The notes beneath the pieces were generated by a model. That model made no database searches. It was given only the letters and a program-made list of their open reading frames with translations, and was not told the DNA's origin. Below are positions 1 through 10,825 of a stretch of 64,000 nt of DNA, one piece after another. This DNA comes from Macrostomum lignano. Its lineage: Eukaryota. The translations under genes were made by a program, and so were the position numbers. The DNA is taken from the NCBI GenBank assembly GCA_002269645.1, contig NIVC01000187.1, positions 8,178 to 72,177 of the forward strand. Direction: 5' to 3'. Within the stretch, counting starts at the first letter, position 1. Each line of letters begins with the position of its first letter.

Positions 1-1298
1 CTCCCCTCTGTCATCTGCTGTTGATGGTAGCTTAGCAGACCCCATCTCCCCTCTGTCATCTGCTGTTGATGGTAGCTTAGCAGACCCCATCTCCCCTCTG
101 TCATCTGCTGCTGATGGTAGCTTAGCAGACCCCATCTCCCCTCTGTCATCTGCTGTTGATGGTAGCTTAGCAGACCCCATCTCCCCTCTGTCATCTGCTG
201 TTGATGGTAGCTTAGCAGACCCCATCTCCCCTCTGTCATCTGCTGCTGATGGTAGCTTAGCAGACCCCATCTCCCCTCTGTCATCTGCTGTTGATGGTAG
301 CTTAGCAGACCCCATCTCCCCTTTGTCATCTGCTGTTGATGGTAGCTTAGCAGACCCCATCTCCCCTCTGTCATCTGCTGTTGATGGTAGCTTAGCAGAC
401 CCCATCTCCCCTCTGTCATCTGCTGTTGATGGTAGCTTAGCAGACCCCATCTCCCCTCTGTCATCTGCTGTTGATGGTAGCTTAGCAGACCCCATCTCCC
501 CTCTGTCATCTGCTGTTGATGGTAGCTTAGCAGACCCCATCTCCCCTCTGTCATCTGCTGCTGATGGTAGCTTAGCAGACCCCATCTCCCCTCTGTCATC
601 TGCTGTTGATGGTAGCTTAGCAGACCCCATCTCCCCTCTGTCATCTGCTGTTGATGGTAGCTTAGCAGACCCCATCTCCCCTCTGTCATCTGCTGTTGAT
701 GGTAGCTTAGCAGACCCCATCTCCCCTCTGTCATCTGCTGTTGATGGTAGCTTAGCAGACCCCATCTCCCCTCTGTCATCTGCTGTTGATGGTAGCTTAG
801 CAGACCCCATCTCCCCTCTGTCATCTGCTGTTGATGGTAGCTTAGCAGACCCCATCTCCCCTCTGTCATCTGCTGTTGATGGTAGCTTAGCAGACCCCAT
901 CTCCCCTCTGTCATCTGCTGTTGATGGTAGCTTAGCAGACCCCCATCTCCCCTCTGTCATTTGCTGCTGATGGTAGCTTAGCAGACCCCATCTCCCCTCT
1001 GTCATCTGCTGTTGATGGTAGCTTAGCAGACCCCATCTCCCCTCTGTCATCTGCTGTTGATGGTAGCTTAGCAGACCCCATCTCCCCTCTGTCATCTGCT
1101 GTTGATGGTAGCTTAGCAGACCCCATCTCCCCTCTGTCATCTGCTGTTGATGGTAGCTTAGCAGACCCCATCTCCCCTTTGTCATCTGCTGCTGATGGTA
1201 GCTTAGCAGACCCCATCTCCCCTCTGTCAATTTCTGCTGATGGTAGCTTAGCAGACCCCATCTCCCCTTTGTCATCTGCTGTTGATGGTAGCTTAGCA
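1..1298. repeat. 45-bp tandem minisatellite (CTCCCCTCTGTCATCTGCTGTTGATGGTAGCTTAGCAGACCCCAT)n, runs off the left edge
   Basis: About 28-29 near-identical 45-bp units read directly. The 15-aa periodicity of ORF 323..970 is a by-product. Confidence 0.97.
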
Positions 1299-1745
1299 TG
1301 GTAGCTTAGGGTTTTGGCCTGAGGGCGACTCGAATATCCCGAGAAGGACGTTTCTGAGCCTGCAAGAGGAGCACGGAACTGCGACACGAGGTGCCCTCCC
1401 ATTCGTCCCTGTGAATGGGAATCAGCCCAGTCATCGATCTGACGATTGATGACCGTAGAAGGGATCAGGGACCAGGGGTTCAGGACCAAGGAAAAAGACA
1501 ACCTTTTCAGCGAGGGTGTCTGCCAGCTCTTTTTCAGGAAACCCTGCGTGCCCTGGGATCCACTTCAGCCCAACAGTATTGCTACTGGCCAGGAGGTTGA
1601 GCTGCCGGACGCAGTTGGCGACTGTCCGCCGGGAGTTCGTTGTGGTGTGGCAAAGGGCCTGTTGTAAAGCCGCTTGGCTGTCAGAGTGAATGACGATAGT
1701 CTTTCCTCTGTGTACCCTTGGCATTCAGCTCTGCGTTTAGCTAGG
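1299..1745 (-). mobile_element. Degenerate non-LTR retrotransposon fragment, RNase H domain
   Basis: The minus-strand translation has IVIHSDSQAAL...VGLKWIPGHAG..E.ADTLA...GPEP, the RNase H signature of RNase H-bearing LINEs. The post-RNase H sequence (IPSTVINRQIDDWA) continues in another frame, so the fragment is frameshifted. Confidence 0.8.
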
Positions 1746-1788
1746 TCCGACAGGAATTCGACAAAGGAAATATGAGACCCAGGTACTT

Positions 1789-1880
1789 TAGCACCAGGGG
1801 CGCCAGCACCAGGAGCGCCAGCACCAGGGGCGCCAGCACCAGGGGCGCCAGCATCAGGGGCGCCAGCACCAGGGGCAGCA
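1789..1880. repeat. 15-bp tandem repeat (GCACCAGGGGCGCCA) x~6
   Basis: Read directly. Confidence 0.85.
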
Positions 1881-2609
1881 AGTACATTTGCCTGCCATTT
1901 TGAAGCAATGCCACCCTTAATTGCCCTCTCGATCTACATGTAGCTGTAATTACAGTGTATCTGCGTACTAACCGTTGCCATCTCTGCTTAACTTGCGAGT
2001 AAGCCTCAAACAAAATTGTGATGCTCTGATGGCAGCTCTAGTGCTTGATGAATAACGAAGCTCGTATCTTGCTTTGCTTGTTTATTTGGCTTTAGGACCA
2101 CATTAATGTTAGCGGGGCTTGTAACAAGATTATGAAGCTAGGACACTTGTATATAGGAAGGGATGAGGGAGGCGGCATTTGGGCGCAGCGGCCATAGACT
2201 ATTGCACGAGCGTACGAGCGTATGTCAAAAATTTATTTGCTCCATTGTTTTATTATCTGTGGTCGTCTGCATTGAACTTTTAGCATGCCGCTTCATTCTT
2301 TGCGTGGGCCCGATTGTGAGATAAAAGTGCAAAAACTTGTTTCCACTCCCGTTGACCAAGGAGTTCTATAATTAGCAACCCTTTAGAACCCTTTATAATT
2401 ATAGAACTCCTTGCGTTGACGCATATGCAACAGTTAATGCCATAGACTGTGGCGAGTTAGAAACAAAAAACAGGCTTCGATTTGAGAGGTTTAACTGCTC
2501 TCTATTCGAGAGCCCACACACAGAAACAAGAGTCGATATTTTGCCTTACCGCGAAGAAGCTCTAAAACTCAAATCAAGATCACAGATTCGTCGTCCGGAT
2601 TAATACAAT

Positions 2610-3238
2610 ATGCCACTTAACGTCTTCAGACTTGGCGCTATTGGCATCCTATTTTTTGCGTGTATTGGTAAGCTAATTTAATAGCATTCTGACAATTATG
2701 AAAAAATGTGCATTGTTACATTTTATTGCATTTACATGTACATGTGTACACTTACTGGTGTAATTTGCTATTTATTAATTTGTCTTTTACAGCCGTGACC
2801 AACAGTATAAAGTGCTATGAATACGACGCTGAGAAGGATGGGACCCCTGAAGCTTTTGACTGCAATGAAGCACTAAAAAAAATAAAAGGTGTAGCAAAGC
2901 TTGAGAAGCATGAAGAAATAAAACACTGTAAGCGAATGCACGGCTATAAAGATGGCAAATATTTCGTGAGTCAGCTACATGCTTCTGAGTCTGACAGTTT
3001 TCCTGAACACTTAGTACAGTACTGTAGACTGTTATTTACCTCATTTTTACAGGCTGGTGGATTTTGTGGAGATTGTAGTTTTAACGTACCTCTTCCTGCC
3101 AAGTCTTTCTCGATCACGTGCAGCGCGTGCACTTCTGAAAAGTGCAACTCGGCCAGCAGAAAAGGCAGCGTCTCGCCTGCAGCCGCCACCAGTTTAGCTG
3201 CCTGCCTACTCTGGCTGCTCAACTGCTCTGCTTTCTGA
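2610..3238 (+). CDS. Ly6/uPAR (three-finger)-like secreted, probably GPI-anchored protein, ~138 aa; exons 2610-2667, 2793-2965, 3053-3238
   Basis: Signal peptide MPLNVFRLGAIGILFFACIA. GT-AG introns 2668-2792 (phase 1) and 2966-3052 (phase 0). Starts IKCY, has 8 Cys in the ectodomain ending C..C....CN, then a hydrophobic C-terminal GPI-like tail. AATAAA lies just after the stop. Confidence 0.75.
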
Positions 3239-3604
3239 ATTTCCAGCTGGATAAATAAAAAATACTATAATTTTTAAATGCAGAATCCGCCGATAAAAAC
3301 GAACACCAACGAATGATAGTCTTTGGTTCAATAAAAAACACTGGCAAAATACTACTTTCCGTTTCAGAATGCCGATAACTCCACCTCGGAAATAAACGCT
3401 TTATTTAGTACGAATTTATCGCGTAACTTTTTTAGCTACACACAAAAAAAATATTTTGTCTTATTTCTTTCATTTATAAGTTTTAAACGAATTCGCTAAA
3501 ATGCTAGAAGTACATGTATACGGGATTAAGATGATCTATAGTTTTGAGAGAGCGGGGTTTGTTACTCTTGGCTGGACCTACTAGTCATGCACCTAATGAC
3601 ACCT

Positions 3605-4140
3605 GAGTTTTTATTGCCTGCGGCGCCAAAATGAGTGCCTGCCTGCGGCGCCAAAATGACTTTTTATTGCCTGCGGCGCCAAAATGAGTTTTTATTGCCT
3701 GCGGCGCCAAAATGAGTGCCTGCGGCGCCAAAATGAGTTTTTATTACCTGCGGCGCCAAAATGAGTTTTTATTGCCTGCGGCGCCAAAATGAGTGCCTGC
3801 GGCGCCAAAATGAGTGCCTGCCTTCGGTGCCAAAATGAGTTTTTATTGCCTGCGGCGCCAAAATGAGTGCCTGCCTTCGGTGCCAAAATGAGTTTTTATT
3901 GCCTGCGGCGCCAAAATGAGTGCCTGCGGCGCCAAAATGAGTGCCTGCCTGCGGCGCCAAAATGAGTGTCTGCGGCGCCAAAATGAGTGCCTGCCTGCGG
4001 CGCCAAAATGACTTTTTATTGCCTGCGGCGCCAAAATGAGTGTCTGCGGCGCCAAAATGAGTGCCTGACTGCGTCGCCAAAATGAGTGCCTGCCTTCGGC
4101 GCCAAAATGAGTGCCTGCCTTCGGCGCCAAAATGAATGCC
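3605..4140. repeat. GC-rich ~21-29-bp minisatellite (GCCTGCGGCGCCAAAATGAGT core)
   Basis: Read directly. The same core family recurs at 8496-8583 and 36985-37376. Confidence 0.92.
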
Positions 4141-6934
4141 AATTTCTGCATTGGCTGGGATCATTGAAGAATTTAAAATAATTATAATTGTTGCTTTTGT
4201 GTAGTAATTCTAACCTTAATTGCTGTATAATTTGTCCAGCCCATGTTCAATTAATACAGAATGCTTTGCAATTAGCCTCAATGTGAGTGTCACAGCACTG
4301 AAAATCAGCACTGAAGCACAGTAATTAACGAGCACACGTTTTCTCTGTTAAGATAGATGCGTTGCAGTTAGCGTGCTATTGCCAATTACTAAATCCATAT
4401 CTATTCTATTTTAATATAGGCGAATCCGGGGTGTATTCCCCTTCTAGAATATTCTAGAATGCTTCCTTATTTCGTACAGCTCGGCAAGCATATTTTCACC
4501 CAACGGTTTTCCAACCAGCTTCCGTTGGAACACCGTTGGATCAACGTACCCTTTTCCACTGGGTAATTATTGCCATAGACACTAGACAAATGGGGAATAT
4601 GATACGTATCCGTAGTGAAGACACTATAGCTTGTTGATGTTGTGACACTAAAGTACAAAAGTTTTTGTTACGAGTTTTACGAATTCATGCAGCAAGTCGG
4701 ACTACAATTATCGGCTTTATGCTTTTATAAATGTTTAGGCATGTATATTGGAGGTAGTGGTCACCCGGGATTTGATTGAAGGACAAAGCACTGAGTTTAT
4801 GCAACTCGTAATGTAATTTAAATTACAAATGCAATAATATAAATTGCACATCAAGCGAGTGTACCGGTACCGTTAAATGTATGATTGCAGTCCTTATTGG
4901 CTAAATGTCCCAAGAGCGAGTGCATGTGGCTTTATTTGTGGCGTTTGTACTTTTTATTATTTGCTCCATAATTGTTATTTCTCGATATGGATCGCACCTT
5001 GTGTAATCCTCGTGCCCGTTTAAGAAAATATGCACTGTGTATGATCGAGTAATTGGTTAATTGGCAAAAATGGAGACGATCGACAAAAAAATAGAAAATT
5101 AAAAAGTTTGCAATCAACAAAAAATCGGTCTTGGTGTATAAATCAAGTGAAGTTTTATATTAATCTATTCTCAAAGTTGCAGAGTGGCAGAGTTGCAAAG
5201 TTGCAAATTCTCAAAGCATGTGGTCCCGCCATGATATTATATTTACATGTACATGCAGTTTTACATATATACCCGGTGTAAAATTCGACGTCGATTCGAA
5301 GTCGATTCGAAGTCGATTTTTCTTCTAAAGTCGAATTGACGTAGATGCCGAATAGAAGTCGAAAATTCGACTTCGATTTGAGTTGCATCAACAGTTTTAA
5401 CAAATTAAATTTACTCTTGTAAATATGAACTTGACCGTAACGGCAGTACTTTTAGTAACAGATTAATTTAAATTTTTTGTTTAGAATAATGTTTACTCGA
5501 GCTATTTTGCAGCACACGAGACTAAATGGTGTGAGTTTAAATTAATGACGTTAAATTTGCAGCTTATTAGATCGCATGGGCAAAAAAGGCTCGTAGTTAG
5601 AAGGTTACTTAAAGGTTTGCAATTTCTAAGTATAAGATGCAGTTCTGAATAAGTAATCAATTTAAAATAGCATTCGCAGTATGCAGCAGCAAATTAATTT
5701 AGTTCTTTCGACAGATTTTTTTTCACAAAGTTATTTATGTTTTAACTTGTCATTTGGGATATGCTCTCTCCTGACTTTTTCTAAAATTTTAGTCATTGCA
5801 TTTGGTCGCTATAGTCATAGCATCTATGCATGGGGTGTTCTAATCAACAGCCATATTATTCAACATTCATTTTTGTAAAAAAAAAGTAAAAAACTTCTCT
5901 CTCTATAATTTTTGCAACTTTATAATTAACTAGCTGTAGTCACATTAGCAACCTTACTTTAAAAAGACACTTTTAACATGTTGTTTGAAGCACAGAGCCA
6001 ATAGGCATGTGCTAAATATAGTGAGCATTCTTGTTTCAGCTATTTATAAGATAAATTGCTACAATTTTTATTGTTTGTTTTTTGTTGATTTTATTATGAA
6101 ATCATAATTATTTTATGACAATTTTTATGGGGTCCAAACTAGATTGATGTCAATTCTTCAGTTATTACTTTGCTTAACTTTTTAAATATTTTTATTAAGC
6201 TTTAATGAAATGATAATAAGTGATATAGGCTTCTAATCCAAATTGCTCATGGTGATGCTAAACAAGTTTTTGGTTTATTTGTCTCCAATCAAGAAGCACT
6301 CTATCAACTTATATAATGGAATTCTAATGATGTAGAACATAAAATTTTATTTCCTTTACAGTTGTAAAGTTCCAATTTTTTATTTTTGGGCTTTAGTTTA
6401 GGATTATTCATGAGATCCTAGGCCTATAAAATAAAAACTTTAACTATTTGTTATTATAGATCCTTTATAAACTTTAGTGCCTTTGATACTTTATTGCACT
6501 TTAAATGGCTTTTGTAGATATAGACAATGTTTTACTTATAGTAATATGTTCCATTTAAAGCAAACACTGTATTATCATTTCTAAACTATTGCTGAATTAT
6601 TCTTACTGAGCAGTACAGACTGCATAATGTTTGAATTAGCTAGGGTCAAGTTCATCTTTTTTAAATATAGAGGGAATTTCAAACAGTTGGGAAATACTAT
6701 TTTTGAGTATACATAATATCATTTATACAACTGTGTACATTTACATCGAATCTTTCACTTAAAATTTAGTACAAAAAACATCCACATTGACAGCCAAATA
6801 ATAACCAAGCATTATCAATAACAGACTAGTCCTTTTTAATTTCTTGTGCAATATTGCCAATTTTTTTATTTATACAAAATAATTTACTGTTCACTGTTTT
6901 AATTCACTGATTCAATTTACTGTTTCAGATTAAC

Positions 6935-8906
6935 ATGGCCTCACGAAATTTCAACAGGGAAATTCGGAAGAAACTGCTGGACTTTATTCAGGTAGAAGGG
7001 GATTCTGAGACTCGTGAATTTAATAGTAGGCCTATGGATGCTGAAAGACAATTTGGCTCAATCTTGGATGAAGATGAAGGTGTTGAACCAACTGTATATA
7101 TATCTGAGCAGGAGGATGATGCTGGGGAGGAGGATCACAAGTGAATCGTTCGAGTTTCAAGCGGATATCTGTGCCGTCACATCGTTTTGGAACAACATCA
7201 TCCGATGAGACAGCAGATGAAACCGATGTGCATTCTGCTGGGAGCCCATTTGAAGCGCCGGTTTCTAGGAAGCCTGCACCTAAATCCAGACCTATGCTTC
7301 CAGATCCGTTGCTCCTGTTACCCAATCAACAGCACAGCGCGTGTTTGCCGCCACATGTTTCGTGCAGTTCTGGCCCATCTGATTTCCAAAATATCATGCA
7401 CAAAGGAGGAGTTGTCCCACAAACCTCCAACAGTGGCGATTCTCTCCTCCGAGAACTAACTGGAGACCTGCGGGTCACGCCACATTCGTCGGTTTCAAGC
7501 GGGAATCATCCGGCTCGGGATCATCAGGGCCGTTTCCATTTGGAGACACAAACAATAGTGAGCAAGTGGGAGAAAGACTTCCGTTCCGCTGGATTGGACC
7601 TTTACTCCAACAGAGGTAAATATACGGGTAAATAATGCAAATCGAAATCCTGCTGTAGAAACTTCATGATAAAGTACTCGTACATGCGTTGTTCTTGTTC
7701 CTGCAGGAATAGTGCATCTACTCGCCCACCGCGCGACATCAAGATGGTTTCAAAGAACCAGTCGACCACCTCATCTGACGCCGCTGAGTCTCCGTCACTG
7801 CTGGTACATATAGATGATTCACTTGGTGACCTTCCGATGAAAAATGTATCTGAATACCAGAGCTTCTGTCGGAAGCTACAAGAATCTGGTTTCCGGAACG
7901 CTATAGTAAGTCAATTCATGTCTCAATACTTTTATCAAATGTTTATGGGCGCAAAATTGCTTCATATTTCATGAGTTTAACATCATTTTAAATAAATATC
8001 ACGAAATATTATGCTGCATGCATGAAAAAGTTCTTTGGTACGGTACATATAAAAATGACTGATGTTGCAGGTGACTCAAACGCGCGTCCTTTTACAGATT
8101 TCGAAGCTACGACGCCTTGGTGGCAACACTGCTGAAGCCCACACAGCAAGAATAATGGACTTTCTGCTGTCAAGAAAGTTTCAACAGGCTTTCAATCGGT
8201 CTGGTAGGGATTATTCGCAAGCACGAAAAACAAGTGGCAATAAGCTATCATTTGCCAAAACCTTGGAACCGATCGTCATTTGTAAGTTAATGTTATGAAC
8301 TAATGCTCCTGCCAAACCTTTGCTTAGGAATTTATACGTATCATTTCCAAATGTACTTCGTATATTTATATTTACCCGTTAATGTACCACTAATGTGCAC
8401 TACTAATATATTTACAGGGCGTCACCAACGGGGGGGGGACAGGGGGGACATCTTGTGGCCCGTTATTAATTTTTGCTGCATGGTGACAAAATAGCGCCTG
8501 CGGCGCTAAAATGAGTGTCTGCAGTGCTAAAATGAGTGCCTGTGGCGCTAAAATAAGTGTCTGCAGTGCTAAAATTAGTGCTGACAACACCGATTCTGAA
8601 AATAATGTACATGTAGGCATTTCGTCGTGTACATGTGCATATAGAATTCTTGGCTTTGTCCCCCCACCATAAAATCCATGGCGACGCCCCTGTCTATTTA
8701 CCTGTAATTGTATTTCCATGCAGTTAAAACGGTGTCACACAAAAAGTACTCGCGTGCCTACGTGTAAAATGCAGTGAATTTATTTGCTTTCAGTGGCCGT
8801 AACCAAGGCGTTTCCGCAAGCTTCTGAGGAGCGAATCACTCAAAAGATTAAGCGAATGCTGAAAGATTCAAAAGTGAGGGCCACGTCAAAGCGACATGAG
8901 GAGTGA
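6935..8906 (+). pseudogene. Transposon-borne spliced DUF4806/BEN-like gene, 5' part frame-disrupted
   Basis: The 3' exons (ending 7905, 8098-8281, 8794-8906) splice in frame to LPMKNVSEYQSFCRKLQ..|ISKLRRLGGNTAEAHTARIMDFLLSRKFQQAFNRSGR..KLSFAKTL..|LAVTKAFPQASEERITQKIKRMLKDSKVR, resembling DUF4806/BEN domains. The acidic, low-complexity N-terminus changes frame near 7140. Confidence 0.6.
8415..8692. mobile_element. MITE with internal 21-bp minisatellite, nested in an intron of the DUF4806-like gene
   Basis: Ends CAGGGCGTCACCA and TGGCGACGCCCCTG form an imperfect TIR, with TA on the left flank. About 100 bp of its unique body recurs at ~37380-37470. Confidence 0.6.
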
Positions 8907-10811
8907 ATTTTAAGAGTGCTTAGATTTCTGCATCATGATACGTTTTTAAATACGAACTACTACTCATATAAGCTTCTCAAAGACGCTGGATATCAAAGTC
9001 CATTCATCATAAATTTCTTAGTTTTTAGTTTTTCCGACTTTTTGCGTTGTCTTTTCTAATCGTTGTAATTGTTTTGTTAATTTATATACCAAAGCTTCTC
9101 TTTACTGCGCTCGTAGTTTCTTTAAAAATAAACCATATTTCAGCTTTTGTGTTCCATTTTATGCGGTTATTTTGTTCTGATTTAATGCCGCGCATTCAAA
9201 AGATATACTACATGAAGTCACCCTCGTATTGAATATTTAAATTAAGTTATTTCTTTAAAGAATTTTGTTTGTTTTGAGGCACATTCAGAGGCGAAAATCA
9301 AGGAAGTATCGCGAAATTTAGGCCGAAAAACTCGACTTCGAATCGACGTCGAATCACCGGGACATCATTCGACGTCGATTCGGCCTAAAATTTTCGAAGT
9401 CGATTCGACGTCGATTTTTACACCGGGTATGTACCTTACTACCGCATAATTAAGCTATGCGAAGATATTATTTTAAGAGCCGATTTCTTATTAAGCACTT
9501 TGTTCAAGCATGCTAATGCTGCTGAATATCCTATCGTGTATAGAAATAAGAATAAAGAGATTTGTTCAGGCTTCAAGTAATTCAGAGATGATAGCGGCAG
9601 TTTAGTGCAATTAATTTACTCATATCAGGATGATATGCACAAATGTACTATATATCCACGGTGATAAAAAAAAGAAAAACGCGTTATAACAAACTTAAAT
9701 ACTTTAAACTCAATTGTTTGTTTTCAGTCACTAGTTTGTGTTCTGTTAATCTCTTTTGTTTCAAATAACCTGTATCTAAAAGCTTCTAGCTTCAAGTTGA
9801 AATCACACAATTTTGTCTCCACGGTTGCAAGAGACTGAAGGGAAAATTCGACTTTAGCATGCAGGCAATTTTTAGAGTGAATTCTCATCCTTTCAGATTA
9901 AAAAAAGTCAAAACAAAAAACGAACATTCAGTAAAGCACTAAGAAAACTAAAGAATTGCTAAAAATGAAGATAAACTTGTCGTGGTCGCTATACCGCTAA
10001 GTCTTTTTGGCCAGTGCTGATAATGTTGTATCGTCATATGTTGCAGTAGCTCTGTAGCTGATAATATATTATCAAATAATTATCAATATAATTAAGACAC
10101 AATTTTAAAATAAACATAATTAGTAAGAGATAACAATATTACTTATGAATATTGTCCTATTTTTTCTTTCTGCCCGTGTTTTTGACATTTAGATATGTCA
10201 TTTATAATTGAAGACAATATGACATTAGGTTCACATTTAAAAAAAAAATTGAGCTTGTACTTTTGGTAAAGTTTTTGTATTTTTCTACAACTTATACAAA
10301 CAACAAAAACACAATTTGTACAAATTTAGAAACCTTTTTGACCGAATAACTCTTATTTTGTAACTAATGTTTGTGTTTCTAGTTGATGTAATATAGGCCT
10401 ACTGCATAAACATAAATGGGTTTTTTGTAATTTAAAAATTGCTTTTGTCAGTCTTTTGCTAGTTGAAAAAGAGTTTAATAAATTTACCTAGTGATTACAA
10501 TTTAAGCAATTTAGACACCTGCAACTTACAATATGAAATGAAAAGATAAGGAGTAGATTTTTTGCAGCCATAAAAATAGCACAGCAACATAAAAAATCAC
10601 TGCATGAAAATGTTTTTATAATTGTTTTTTTAACATAATAAAGACAGGTAGCATTAGATATGTAATAAAATTTATTGAAAAAAATATTACTCTTAAATAG
10701 GCACTATGCAAAAAAGTGTTTTCTGCATCTGCATCTGCAAATTAAAATTCAATTGAATATATACAAATTCAACTCAAACCATCCTGATGCTCACCGATTG
10801 AGACCTTCGCC

Positions 10812-10825
10812 GTTGCCATGGAGAT
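10812..10825. promoter_or_regulatory. RFX X-box-like motif overlapping the DNAI2 start codon
   Basis: GTTGCCATGGAGAT. Its reverse complement ATCTCCATGGCAAC fits the X-box consensus RTHNYYWTRRNRAC, and the gene is ciliary. Confidence 0.45.

Larger units (their letters stand above)
5272..9427. mobile_element. 4.16-kb non-autonomous TIR DNA transposon, CACTA/EnSpm-like
   Basis: Left end CCCGGTGTAAAATTCGACGTCGATTCGA and right-end reverse complement CCCGGTGTAAAAATCGACGTCGAATCGA form a ~27-bp imperfect TIR. TA dinucleotide on both sides (5270-71, 9428-29). Clusters of subterminal TCGA(A/C)GTCGA repeats at both ends. No transposase ORF seen. The superfamily call is inferred from the CCC termini, 2-bp TSD and subterminal repeats. 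Confidence 0.8.

Noticed and set aside
323-970. 215-aa repetitive ORF, and similar ORFs at 11764-12597, 15627-16649, 18675-19452, 20127-21275, 42767-43566, 45724-46442, 52747-54602
   Set aside because: All are readouts of tandem repeats. Several lie in introns defined by flanking conserved exons.
4467-4658. Minus-strand ORF with CSNGSW, preceded by a plausible acceptor
   Set aside because: Could be a terminal exon, but I recognised no family and found no partner exons.
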